DNA from: Bacteroidales bacterium
GTDB taxonomy: Bacteria > Bacteroidota > Bacteroidia > Bacteroidales > GCA-2748055
Reading direction: 5' to 3'
Assembly (NCBI GenBank): GCA_029210585.1
Contig: JARGFP010000012.1
Location: forward strand, 44,512-108,511
DNA length: 64,000 nucleotides
Positions within the stretch are counted from its first letter, which is position 1. Every line of letters begins with the position of its first letter. Below are positions 9,821-18,662 of the stretch, piece by piece. The notes under the pieces are model-generated. The model was not told where the DNA came from. It did not search any database and saw only the letters and a list, made by a program, of their open reading frames with translations. The position numbers were made by a program, and so were the translations under genes.

Positions 9821-9870
9821 GCTGAATGACGCATGCCCGTGCACGCACACGGCCCGGTTCTGTGGCGCAA

Positions 9871-10407
9871 TCACCCTTCCCTGAACAGCTGGAGGAAGTA
9901 TTCGTCGGTGAATCCGTCGCCGGTCCAGTTCCATTCTTTCCGTGTTCCGGTAACCTCGAAGCCGGCTTTCCGGAAGAGTTCCAGGCTGGATGCATTGTCC
10001 ACCGTAATGCTGCAGAAGAGCTGGTGGAGCTTCAGTACCCCGAAGCAATATGATTTCAGCAGTTCCAGGGCTTCACCGGCGTATCCTTTTCTTCTTTCCG
10101 ACTTCTCGGCAATGAGGATTCCCACAGCTGCCCGCTTATGGAAATGTTCAAAATCGAACAGGTCGATGGTGCCCACGGGCTGGTCATTATCGGTGCGCTG
10201 GATCATCATTCTCAGTTGCCTGGTCGTGAAAATGTCCTTGTGGGCATTCTCAAGGTATCGTTTAAGGATGAAGCGGGAAACAGGCGAGAGGGTTTCAGAG
10301 ATGTTCCAGATTTCCGTGTCGTTTTCCCAGCGGTACAGGAGTTCCAGGTCCCCGGGTTCGAGGGCGCGCAGCATCACCTTATCGCCGAAGAGGATATTAG
10401 TCGACAT
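9871..10407 (-). CDS. GNAT family N-acetyltransferase (RimJ/RimL-like)
   Basis: The 178-aa product has an acetyl-CoA binding region (RRKGYAGEALELL) and NASSLELFRKAGFE. Its start overlaps the stop of the upstream TPR-PD40 gene by 11 nt. Confidence 0.8.
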   Translation of the reverse strand: MSTNILFGDKVMLRALEPGDLELLYRWENDTEIWNISETLSPVSRFILKRYLENAHKDIFTTRQLRMMIQRTDNDQPVGTIDLFDFEHFHKRAAVGILIAEKSERRKGYAGEALELLKSYCFGVLKLHQLFCSITVDNASSLELFRKAGFEVTGTRKEWNWTGDGFTDEYFLQLFREG

Positions 10408-11857
10408 GTTGCTCCCTTGAATAGATGACGCTGTATTCTTCTCCGCTTGCTGACCTGATGGTGATCGTGTCTTTCACGGAATCATATTCAAGTGTGATTT
10501 TTTCCCTGGAATCCTTGTCGATGATTGTAATGCTGAAATCCTCCTCGCTCAACCGGGTAAGTGCTTTTGCCACGGTCTCTTCCCGCGGGATGATCTCGAC
10601 GTACCAGATGTCCTTTCCACCCAGACCTTCATCGTCCCTCATGCAGTAGATGCCGCTGTACCCGTCCAGTACCGGTACAAAGAAGGTGTTGTCGCCGGTG
10701 GTATTGACCGGGTATCCCATGTTGAACGCATGTCCGTAAGTGCCATCCGGCCGCACGTCGCACTGGAACAGGTCGTAGCCTCCCATGTTGTAATGACCTT
10801 TGGAGCTGAAAATAAACTGTTTGCCGTCGGGACTCAGGTAGGCCGAGGTTTCATCGGCTTCGGTATTCACCTTTTCACCGGCATTGACCGGTTCTGACCA
10901 GCTGTCGTCGGCCAGTTTCCTGCTGATCCAGATATCCAGTCCGCCGACGGAACCCCTGCGGTCGCTGGAGATGAACATCGATTGCCCGTCGGGAGAAAAT
11001 GATGCATGGTCTTCGGTGAAATTGGAATTGGCCTTGCCCTCCACCGGAACTGCCTTGCTCCAGAAGGTTCCGTCGTACCTGCTGTAATAGATATCGCTGT
11101 CGAATTCAAACTGTTTGATCAGCAGCAGTTCTGTTCCGTCGGCCGATAGGCCGGTGGGAATCATATCCCCGTCGGAGCCCACCTGTGGGGTGATGTTTAC
11201 CGGGTCGGTCCATTTCCCGTTCTGTTTGACGCTCATCATGATTGCCTCGTAGAATTTCTGGCTGTTCAACCAGACCAGTACATTTTCATTTGCAGAAATC
11301 ACGGCGTTGTACTCTTTGCCGGCGGTATTTAACGGTTCCCCGAAGTTGAACCTGTAGATGTCAATCGCAGCATCCTGGATGATCTTGGCACGCTCGACAG
11401 CCTTGATTTCCTCTTCGGTGATCCTGACATTGTAATGTTTTTCAAAGTTTTTTACCGACTTGAAGGTATCGTAGGCTTCGAGTGCTTTTTCAAGCTGGTT
11501 GTCGAGACGGTAGGCGTTGCCCAGGAAAAACCACGTATGGTGTGGGGCATTTTTTTCCTTGTAATGGTTTTTGCGGTACCTCAGCGATGTATTTTCCGTG
11601 GCTTCCAGGAAATGGCCGATGGCTTTCTCTTCCTGCCCTTCGATGTTCAGGTAGGCCATGCCCAGTTTATAGTGCACATTGTGGTTCCCGGGTTCCTTCC
11701 TCAGCAGCTGGCTGTAGAGGTAGGCTGCTTCTTCATACTCTTCCCTTGCAAAGAAAAAGTCTCCGTCCTCGAACAGTTCTTCAGGTGATTCATCCTGTGC
11801 AAAGAGGCCGAAGGAACAGGCTGTGACCAGGGTCAGAATGAGCAGGCTTTGTTTCAC
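10397..11857 (-). CDS. secreted TPR + PD40 (TolB-like beta-propeller repeat) protein, paralog A
   Basis: A signal peptide is present (LLILTLVTACSFGLFAQ). It is followed by a TPR-like region, then PD40-type repeats (FSPDGQSMFISSDRRGSVGGLDIWISR and LSPDGKQFIFSSKGHYNMGGYDLFQCD). Confidence 0.75.
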   Translation of the reverse strand: MKQSLLILTLVTACSFGLFAQDESPEELFEDGDFFFAREEYEEAAYLYSQLLRKEPGNHNVHYKLGMAYLNIEGQEEKAIGHFLEATENTSLRYRKNHYKEKNAPHHTWFFLGNAYRLDNQLEKALEAYDTFKSVKNFEKHYNVRITEEEIKAVERAKIIQDAAIDIYRFNFGEPLNTAGKEYNAVISANENVLVWLNSQKFYEAIMMSVKQNGKWTDPVNITPQVGSDGDMIPTGLSADGTELLLIKQFEFDSDIYYSRYDGTFWSKAVPVEGKANSNFTEDHASFSPDGQSMFISSDRRGSVGGLDIWISRKLADDSWSEPVNAGEKVNTEADETSAYLSPDGKQFIFSSKGHYNMGGYDLFQCDVRPDGTYGHAFNMGYPVNTTGDNTFFVPVLDGYSGIYCMRDDEGLGGKDIWYVEIIPREETVAKALTRLSEEDFSITIIDKDSREKITLEYDSVKDTITIRSASGEEYSVIYSREQHVD

Positions 11858-11873
11858 TTCAAGTACAGGTTAA

Positions 11874-13784
11874 TTATTTCAGTTTCAGCTGATCCGGAAC
11901 TTCGATTTCCTTTATCTCAAGAAGGACACCTCCCTGCATGGACACGTTGAAGTGCACCCGGCGGTTCAGCTCCCTTCCTTTCGGGGCATCCCTGCCATCC
12001 GGGGTGGTGTTCCTGGCAGCCGGTTCTTTTTCACCCCTGCTCACCGTTATAAGTCTGTCTGCGGAGACCCCCTGTTCCACCAGGTAGCCGGCGACGGCAT
12101 CGGCACGTCGTTTGGCAAGCAGATCGTTATAGGCATCCGGTCCCATGGCATCGGTATGGCCTACCACCTCCAGTTTGAGGTTCGGGAAGCGTTGCATGAT
12201 TGCCGCAAGTCCGTCGAGTTTCTCTTTCCCGGCGCTGCTGAGTGCATAGCTGTCGAAGGCAAAGAATACCGGCCGGATCATGAAGGATTCTTCAACCACT
12301 TCTTCGACCTCATCGACGACTTCTTCGACTTCTTCGACTGCTTCTTCGACCACTTCTTCAACCACTTCTTCCTCCACCACTGCTTCGGCGATCTCATCTG
12401 CCGCTTCCTCGACAGTATCCGTTACCGCTTCAGTAACTTCTTCTGCGCTTACTTCCTCTTTTGCTTCCTCCCTGGTTGGCAGTTCCGTTTCGAAGGCAAC
12501 GGCTACGGACTGTGCCGATTCGGGGATCCATTCAAACCTGAAAATCTCCACCTGGTCGGCTTCGCCTTTGGCATACATGGTAAGGGCATCCTCCATCTCC
12601 ACTTCTTTCGGCATGAAGGCAAAATCGTCGTCGGTGGTATTCAGCGGATAGATCAGGTGAACGGGGGTTCCGTAGGTGCCATCGTCATTGATGGTAACGT
12701 AGAAGACATCAAATCCTCCCAGTCCGGGGTGCCCCTGGGAACTGAAATAGAGCCTGGATCCGTCGGGACTGACGAAAGGATTTTCCTCGTTCAGGACTGT
12801 ATTCACATTTTCACCGAGCAGGATAATATCGCTCCAGCCTTCCGCGGTCCGTTCAGACTTGAATATGTCCATGCCCCCGATGGATTCTTTCCTGTTGCTG
12901 GTAAAATAGACCGTATTCCCATCCGGAGAAAAGCAGGCATGGGATTCGTAGTATTTCGAGTTGATCGGTTTGCCGATGGGTTCGGATTTGTACCATCTCC
13001 CGTTCCGGTATTCTGTAATCCATATATCGCTCTCAAACTGGTCGGCCCAGGTAACAAGCATTTGCTGCCCGTCGTGCGAAAGTGCGATCACCGTTTGGTT
13101 GCCGTCTGACTGGATGGAGGGGGTGATGTTATAGGGTTTGCTCCATTTGCCGTTTTCCTGCGTGGATACGTAGATCCCGTTGTAAAATTTTTCTCTGCCC
13201 ATAAAGGCAAAGGTTCCCAGGTCGCCGGAGATCACGGGATTGTATACCGGCGCCCTGATGGCATTGATCTGTCCCAGCGTCCCGATCGCATAGTCCGACG
13301 TCGAATTCACTGCCTCTCTTGCCCGCTGGCAGGCATCGATCTGGATGTTGGTATAGATGGCCTGCGGGGTTCCCTCCTTTGCATATTCAAGGAATTTCCT
13401 GTAATTTTCGCAGGCTTTGTCGAACTGCTCATCGATCCTGCAGGCATTGCCCAGGTAGAGGTAGGCATCCGGCGGGGCCTGCTCTTCTTTGAAACTTCCT
13501 TCCCTGTATTTTTCCGTAATGTCCCTGGTGGCTGTTTCCAGGTATGGAATTGCTTCGGTTTTCCTTCCTTCCAGTTCAAGCAGGCAGACACCGATCCTGT
13601 AATTGATGTTGGAATTATTTTCATATCCGTCGTTATACACTTGGGTAAATGCGTACAATGCTTCGGCGTAATCTTCCTCCGCGAAGAAGAATTCTGCATC
13701 ATAGAAATTCTCCCTTGGGTCGTATTGTGCATTCAGTAAAACAGTGATCAGCAGAAACGAAAACAACGTGAAAACTCTTTTCAT
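11874..13784 (-). CDS. TPR + PD40 + acidic linker + OmpA_C peptidoglycan-binding protein, paralog B
   Basis: A signal peptide, a TPR region and PD40 repeats are present (FSPDGNTVYFTSNRKESIGGMDIFKSER and VSPDGSRLYFSSQGHPGLGGFDVFYV). An E/V-rich linker follows. The C-terminus is OmpA-like (VVGHTDAMGPDAYNDLLAKRRADAV...NRRV). Confidence 0.85.
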   Translation of the reverse strand: MKRVFTLFSFLLITVLLNAQYDPRENFYDAEFFFAEEDYAEALYAFTQVYNDGYENNSNINYRIGVCLLELEGRKTEAIPYLETATRDITEKYREGSFKEEQAPPDAYLYLGNACRIDEQFDKACENYRKFLEYAKEGTPQAIYTNIQIDACQRAREAVNSTSDYAIGTLGQINAIRAPVYNPVISGDLGTFAFMGREKFYNGIYVSTQENGKWSKPYNITPSIQSDGNQTVIALSHDGQQMLVTWADQFESDIWITEYRNGRWYKSEPIGKPINSKYYESHACFSPDGNTVYFTSNRKESIGGMDIFKSERTAEGWSDIILLGENVNTVLNEENPFVSPDGSRLYFSSQGHPGLGGFDVFYVTINDDGTYGTPVHLIYPLNTTDDDFAFMPKEVEMEDALTMYAKGEADQVEIFRFEWIPESAQSVAVAFETELPTREEAKEEVSAEEVTEAVTDTVEEAADEIAEAVVEEEVVEEVVEEAVEEVEEVVDEVEEVVEESFMIRPVFFAFDSYALSSAGKEKLDGLAAIMQRFPNLKLEVVGHTDAMGPDAYNDLLAKRRADAVAGYLVEQGVSADRLITVSRGEKEPAARNTTPDGRDAPKGRELNRRVHFNVSMQGGVLLEIKEIEVPDQLKLK

Positions 13785-13856
13785 TACCGGGCAGTTTAGA
13801 GTGATTTACACAAATTTAAGAATTTAATTAGAAGTTCAAACTAAAGTCGCCATGAA

Positions 13857-16427
13857 TTACCCGGCCTCCTTTTCCTCCTTTTTCTTTTTTCTCCGGAAGA
13901 AAAACAGGATGAACAGGATACCGGCACCCAATAATCCGAACAGGATGAGGGCACCATCAGAGATGCGCATGTTATCAACCACGGGGTCTGCATCCAGAAT
14001 GGGCGCAATGGAGTAATCTGCCAGCATTTCGATAAGGATCCGCTGCAGTTCCGTTTGCGATATACCCAGTTCAGCTGCATGATTGATCAGGTAATTGACC
14101 AGGTCCCTGATCGAGCTAATCTGTCGGGCTTCCAGGTCGATGTCGCTGATCAGCGCAGACAGGTTCCCGGGTGCATGGATTTCCAGGTAGTTGATGAAGC
14201 TCTCCAGCGACCGGTCGTTGACCATGTCCGATAATGCGGAAATCAGTTGTTCGGGGGCATACTCCTCATCTACCTTGTCGGTGAGGTGATCCATCAATGC
14301 TTCACCGGTAACAATCTGTTCCTCGCCGGGGTTCAGTTGTTCCAGGTACTCGAGGAGATCCTCGCGGGAATACCTGATCAGTTCCTCCAGGATCATTTCA
14401 GCCTCTGTGGGCGGCGGTGGCGGTGGTGGCGCCATTCTTACAGTATCCAGGCTGTCGCCACCGGCAAAAGTGATGGAGTCCCTTTCAGGAAGCATGGAAA
14501 CAACAATCTCGCCTGCAGCATCGGTTGCTGCAGGTTTCTGTGCTGTCCTTTTTACAGCATTGATGACCAGGTCTGTATAGCTCATGTCACCGTTTTCCTC
14601 TTCCATGATCAGTGCGACGATGTTCTTTCCCTCCAGCGGTGTGAGCTTGTAGATAAGTCTTTTTTTATCGAACTGGAAGGTGTCTGCTGCTATGGTGTCA
14701 TTTTCGTACAGGTGTGTTGCGAGGAGGGTGGACTCTTCTTCAAGGCTGATCCTTATCCTGAATGGTTTTCCTGCAATGGCGCTGAACACGCTGTCTTCAA
14801 TAAGAATCCTGCTGTCACTTCCTCTCAGGGCCAGTGGGGTATAGGGGACAGGTTCCAGCTGGAGCGGTTCTTCGAACTCCAGACCTTCTTTCTCAGTGTT
14901 CCCGTCGATCCTGATGCTCCGGACCAGGTCATTAAAGGCGGGACTCCGGAAGAGAAGGTCATAATCTCCTTCAGGGGCCCGGAGTGTAAAGGTATATTTT
15001 TCAAGGTCGGGTTTGGAGCTGAAAACGGTATCACGTGATTCGCTGTCTACCAGGTAGATCACCACGCTGTCCTGTTCCATGATATTCCTGCCTTCCGTTC
15101 CGAGCACACCGGTGATCATGTACAGGCGCGGATTGTTTTCCGAATAAATATCGAGGTAATAGATATCATGCCGGCCGTAGCCATCTTCCAGGTACTTGGC
15201 TAAATAGGCGTTGTCACCATTGTTCACCGGCACAAAGAACAGGTCATCGTCGGGGGTATTGATCGGGTATCCGAGGTTGATGGGAGTACCCCATTCGCCC
15301 TCCTCGTTCATCTGTGAATAGAAAATATCGTAGCCCCCCATGTTGTAGTGCCCGTAGCTGCTGTAGTAGAGCTTTTTCCCATTCTCTGTAATAAAAGGTG
15401 TTTCTTCATTGTACCGGCTGTTAATTACCGGTCCGAGATTGACGGGTTCGCCCCAGGAGCAGTCTTCAAGACGCTCCGATTTGTAAATGTCGAGTCCGCC
15501 ATACCCGCCTTTCCTGTTGCTGGTAAAATACATTGTGTTTCCGTCCTTCGTCAGGCTGCCATGCGATTCCCAGTATTTTGTATTGATTCCGTCCAGCTCC
15601 TCCATCTCGGTCCATTTGCCGTCCACGTACTGGCTCATGTAGAGGTTGCCGATAAAATTGTCGTTCCGGTAAATGATCATTGTATTCCCGCTCCAGGAAA
15701 GACATGTAGGGTATATGTCGCCGTCGACACCCAGTTCGGGAATGATGTTGCGCGTGGGCTGCCACTCCCCGTTGATCTTTTCTGAGAAAAAAGCGGCATC
15801 GTAGAACTGCATTTTGGAAACATAAACGAGCCTTTGTCCGTTCCCCGATAAAACGGGATTGATGTCCGCGAACCGGGAGTTGATCACCTTACCGAGGTTG
15901 TTCCGGTCATAATCCACCGGGAGGGTCTGCAACTTTCGGGCACGCTGGCAGATATTGATCTGTTCCTCCACAAGCTCCCTGTCGTAGATTTTTTCATCGA
16001 GAATCTCCAGGAATTCGTTGTATTTTTCCTCCGCCTTGTCGAGTTGGTTGTTAATGAGATATGCATTTCCGAGGTAGAAGATCACCTCCGGCGGTGCCTG
16101 GGTCTCCTTATAGTTGTTTTCCCTGTATTTCGGATTGATATTATTGGAGGCCTGTTGGAGATAGCTGATCGATTTGCCTTTCTGGTAGGGATCATTCAGC
16201 AGGCATACCCCGATTTTATAGTTGATATTGTCGTTTCCAGGGTCGGCCCTGTAGATTTTCATGTAGAGGGGGAGTGCCTCATTGTATTCCTCGAAGAGAA
16301 AATAGGATTCGGCTTCCAGGAAAGTATCCTTCAGGTCGGCAGGCTGTGCAGATGAACTCAGAACAAGAACAAACAGGAGTGCAAGCGCAAAATGTAAACT
16401 TCGCTTCATAACAGAAGGATTAATCAC
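13857..16427 (-). CDS. TPR + PD40 protein with long extension, poly-Pro tract and C-terminal TM anchor, paralog C
   Basis: A signal peptide is present; the start may be the ATG at 16409 (MKRSLHFALALLFVLVLSSSAQ). TPR and PD40 repeats follow (LTKDGNTMYFTSNRKGGYGGLDIYKSER). Further on are a PPPPPPP tract, a helical region, and a terminal hydrophobic helix plus RRKKKKEEKEAG. Confidence 0.75.
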   Translation of the reverse strand: MINPSVMKRSLHFALALLFVLVLSSSAQPADLKDTFLEAESYFLFEEYNEALPLYMKIYRADPGNDNINYKIGVCLLNDPYQKGKSISYLQQASNNINPKYRENNYKETQAPPEVIFYLGNAYLINNQLDKAEEKYNEFLEILDEKIYDRELVEEQINICQRARKLQTLPVDYDRNNLGKVINSRFADINPVLSGNGQRLVYVSKMQFYDAAFFSEKINGEWQPTRNIIPELGVDGDIYPTCLSWSGNTMIIYRNDNFIGNLYMSQYVDGKWTEMEELDGINTKYWESHGSLTKDGNTMYFTSNRKGGYGGLDIYKSERLEDCSWGEPVNLGPVINSRYNEETPFITENGKKLYYSSYGHYNMGGYDIFYSQMNEEGEWGTPINLGYPINTPDDDLFFVPVNNGDNAYLAKYLEDGYGRHDIYYLDIYSENNPRLYMITGVLGTEGRNIMEQDSVVIYLVDSESRDTVFSSKPDLEKYTFTLRAPEGDYDLLFRSPAFNDLVRSIRIDGNTEKEGLEFEEPLQLEPVPYTPLALRGSDSRILIEDSVFSAIAGKPFRIRISLEEESTLLATHLYENDTIAADTFQFDKKRLIYKLTPLEGKNIVALIMEEENGDMSYTDLVINAVKRTAQKPAATDAAGEIVVSMLPERDSITFAGGDSLDTVRMAPPPPPPPTEAEMILEELIRYSREDLLEYLEQLNPGEEQIVTGEALMDHLTDKVDEEYAPEQLISALSDMVNDRSLESFINYLEIHAPGNLSALISDIDLEARQISSIRDLVNYLINHAAELGISQTELQRILIEMLADYSIAPILDADPVVDNMRISDGALILFGLLGAGILFILFFFRRKKKKEEKEAG

Positions 16428-16639
16428 GATAACATATCAGGGTACGTATTTGCCTGTGGTCATGAACTGCACGGTAATCAACTTAACTTTATTATCTGAA
16501 ACACAGATCACCCATTTTCCATAACAAATGTAACAAATATCTCTGTAGTTTTTTTGCAAAGTTTTCACGTGATATGAAGAATGTCCCCATTCATTTATTA
16601 ACAATTCCGGCCCGCCATGTTGAAACAGGTGTTCGTCAA

Positions 16640-18610
16640 TTAATGGTCGCGTGCTCCCAGCTGCCGGAACCCTTTGAGCAGAATCTGGAGGTCAGTAGCG
16701 GGCTTGTAGTCCTTGGCATAGATCACATTCAGTTTTTCCAGTGTTTCCTGGTCGGCATCTTTGTCTTTCAGCGCAACAGCAGGATGCAGGATGCCTTTCC
16801 TGAGTTTGGGGAGTGTTAGTGTATCTGCCGTTGTGCCGTTGTAATATCCCACGATCGTTCTTTTCCCCACGAGGGATCTGAACAGGCGGCTGACGGCGCG
16901 CAGCGGGTGATGAACAAAAAAGGCCCAGAAGGGAAAGAAGAGGATCAGCACCAGGGATGCGATGATATCGAACAGCCGCTTGGACCTCAGGTTGGCGGCT
17001 TTGCCGATGGAGTTGAAGTGGATCGTGTACAGTTCACCCGATGTGTTGATGGAGTTGCTGCCGATGATCGACAGGCTTTCGGGCGGTGCAATCTTGTAGT
17101 TCACGGCAAGGCCGGTAAGCCGGGTCATGATTTTGATGATGCGTCGCGAGGAGATGTTGGCTGCACAGAATAGGATCTCGTCGAGTTTGTGGATACGGGT
17201 GATCTCCTCGATCTGGTCCACGCTGCCCAGGTAGGGTTCCTGGTAGTCGGGTTCGGGACTCACATAGCCGATGATTTCGGGTTTTACCTGTGTTTTTTCC
17301 AGTACACGCGTCACCCTGTCTGCTTCCTGCTTCTCTCCAACGATCACGATGCGCTTTTTCCTGTTCAGGTCCAGCTGGTAATCTGCAGTTCCGAAAAGGT
17401 GCAGCAGCCAGCGCAGGCCCCCGGTTGCGATGAGGGTCCACAGGGTGCCGAGAAGGATCAGTGCACGGGAGAAACGGAGGCTCTCCGGGAGCAATGCATA
17501 GACCACCAGGATGGTGAAGGTGCCGACCAGGATACCCCTGAAGTATTTCCACAGTTTAAGGGGTTTGTCGTACCCGCCCGAATAGTAGGCCGACAGGATC
17601 CAGACCAGTATATAGCCGGGTACCACGTAATGCATGAAGGCTTCGGGATAATAGTTTTCCGCATTGAACTTGTAGCTTTCCCAGATGGGCAATCCTGCCA
17701 GGAACCCGGCATAGATGATCCCGGCATCGACCACCTGCCGGTAGATTTTCTTTACAAACCTCCGCGTCACGGCCATGGAGGCACGCAGGTAGATGGCCAG
17801 GTTGATGACAAGGGTATAGTACCTGGCATTTCTTGTGCTGAAATGCTTGCGCGCGAAGATGATCATGGCATTGTAAAAGACCAGCACATAGTTCAGGCTT
17901 CCTTTCTTGGTGCTCTCTCCCTTGTAGTGGATAATGATGGCCTCAGGGAAGTAGTAGTTGTTGTACCCTCCCATGATGATCCTGTAGCTGAGGTCGATAT
18001 CCTCACCATACATGAAATAGTCCTCGTCCAGCAACCCTACCTTGTCGAGGGTCTCCCTGCGCAGGAACATGAATGCCCCGGCCAGCACTTCGATCTTGCT
18101 GGAGGCATCCCCGGGCAGGTAGCCGAGATGGTATTTACCAAACTTTTTCGACCGCGGGAACAGCCGCGAAAGCCCGAAAATCTTGTAGAATGCCACCCAC
18201 GGGGTGGGGAAGGCCCGTTTCGATTCGGGGAGGAAATGGCCGCTGCCATCGATCATCTTCACACCCAGTGCGCCCGCATCATCATGCGTTTCCATGAACC
18301 GGAAGCATTTCCTGAAGGTGTCTTCCTCCACCACCGTATCGGGATTCAGCAACAATACATACTTCCCCGATGCGGCCCTGATCGCCTGGTTGTTGGCCTT
18401 GCTGAACCCTACATTCTCGCGGTTTTCGATCAGTTTTACCCAGGGGAACCGCTCCCTGATATGGCTGCAGCTGCCATCCACCGAGTTATTGTCCACAACG
18501 AAAACCTCCGTCTCCAGTCCCTCCATTGCCTTCTTTACAGAATGGAGGCATTGCTCCAGGAAGTACTTTACATTGTAGTTGACAATAACGATCGAAAGGT
18601 CCATATGCAT
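16640..18610 (-). CDS. family 2 glycosyltransferase fused to a polytopic membrane region and a truncated sugar-transferase-like tail
   Basis: The N-terminus is GT2-like (LSIVIVNYNVKYFLEQCL, VVDNNSVDGS). Several hydrophobic helices sit in the middle of the protein. The C-terminal KRLFDIIASLVLILFFPF resembles the start of bacterial polyprenyl-phosphate sugar transferases. Confidence 0.75.
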   Translation of the reverse strand: MHMDLSIVIVNYNVKYFLEQCLHSVKKAMEGLETEVFVVDNNSVDGSCSHIRERFPWVKLIENRENVGFSKANNQAIRAASGKYVLLLNPDTVVEEDTFRKCFRFMETHDDAGALGVKMIDGSGHFLPESKRAFPTPWVAFYKIFGLSRLFPRSKKFGKYHLGYLPGDASSKIEVLAGAFMFLRRETLDKVGLLDEDYFMYGEDIDLSYRIIMGGYNNYYFPEAIIIHYKGESTKKGSLNYVLVFYNAMIIFARKHFSTRNARYYTLVINLAIYLRASMAVTRRFVKKIYRQVVDAGIIYAGFLAGLPIWESYKFNAENYYPEAFMHYVVPGYILVWILSAYYSGGYDKPLKLWKYFRGILVGTFTILVVYALLPESLRFSRALILLGTLWTLIATGGLRWLLHLFGTADYQLDLNRKKRIVIVGEKQEADRVTRVLEKTQVKPEIIGYVSPEPDYQEPYLGSVDQIEEITRIHKLDEILFCAANISSRRIIKIMTRLTGLAVNYKIAPPESLSIIGSNSINTSGELYTIHFNSIGKAANLRSKRLFDIIASLVLILFFPFWAFFVHHPLRAVSRLFRSLVGKRTIVGYYNGTTADTLTLPKLRKGILHPAVALKDKDADQETLEKLNVIYAKDYKPATDLQILLKGFRQLGARDH

Positions 18611-18662
18611 GCACTTATCCCCTAAAAATACACAAAAACATTGGTTCCCGGGTACCCTGCGG

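Noticed and set aside
12280-12651. A Ser/Thr-rich ORF (SSTSSTTSSTSS...), and the Pro-rich ORF at 35103..35525.
   Set aside because: Both are antisense readings of low-complexity coding tracts. The first mirrors the E/V-rich linker of the OmpA-domain protein. The second mirrors the Gly-rich tail of the TPM protein.
17189-18625. Very long ORFs antisense to well-supported genes: 17189..18625, 18579..19754, 22629..24038, 11952..13109, 38138..39469, 47691..48857, 56229..57680, 57723..58895, 60574..61557 and 32087..33037.
   Set aside because: Each lies entirely inside a CDS on the other strand whose protein-family motifs are unmistakable. Their translations are low-complexity (rich in R, H, G, P, V, D and F) and contain no recognisable motifs. 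This pattern is expected from stop-codon depletion in the antisense frame of codon-biased genes.
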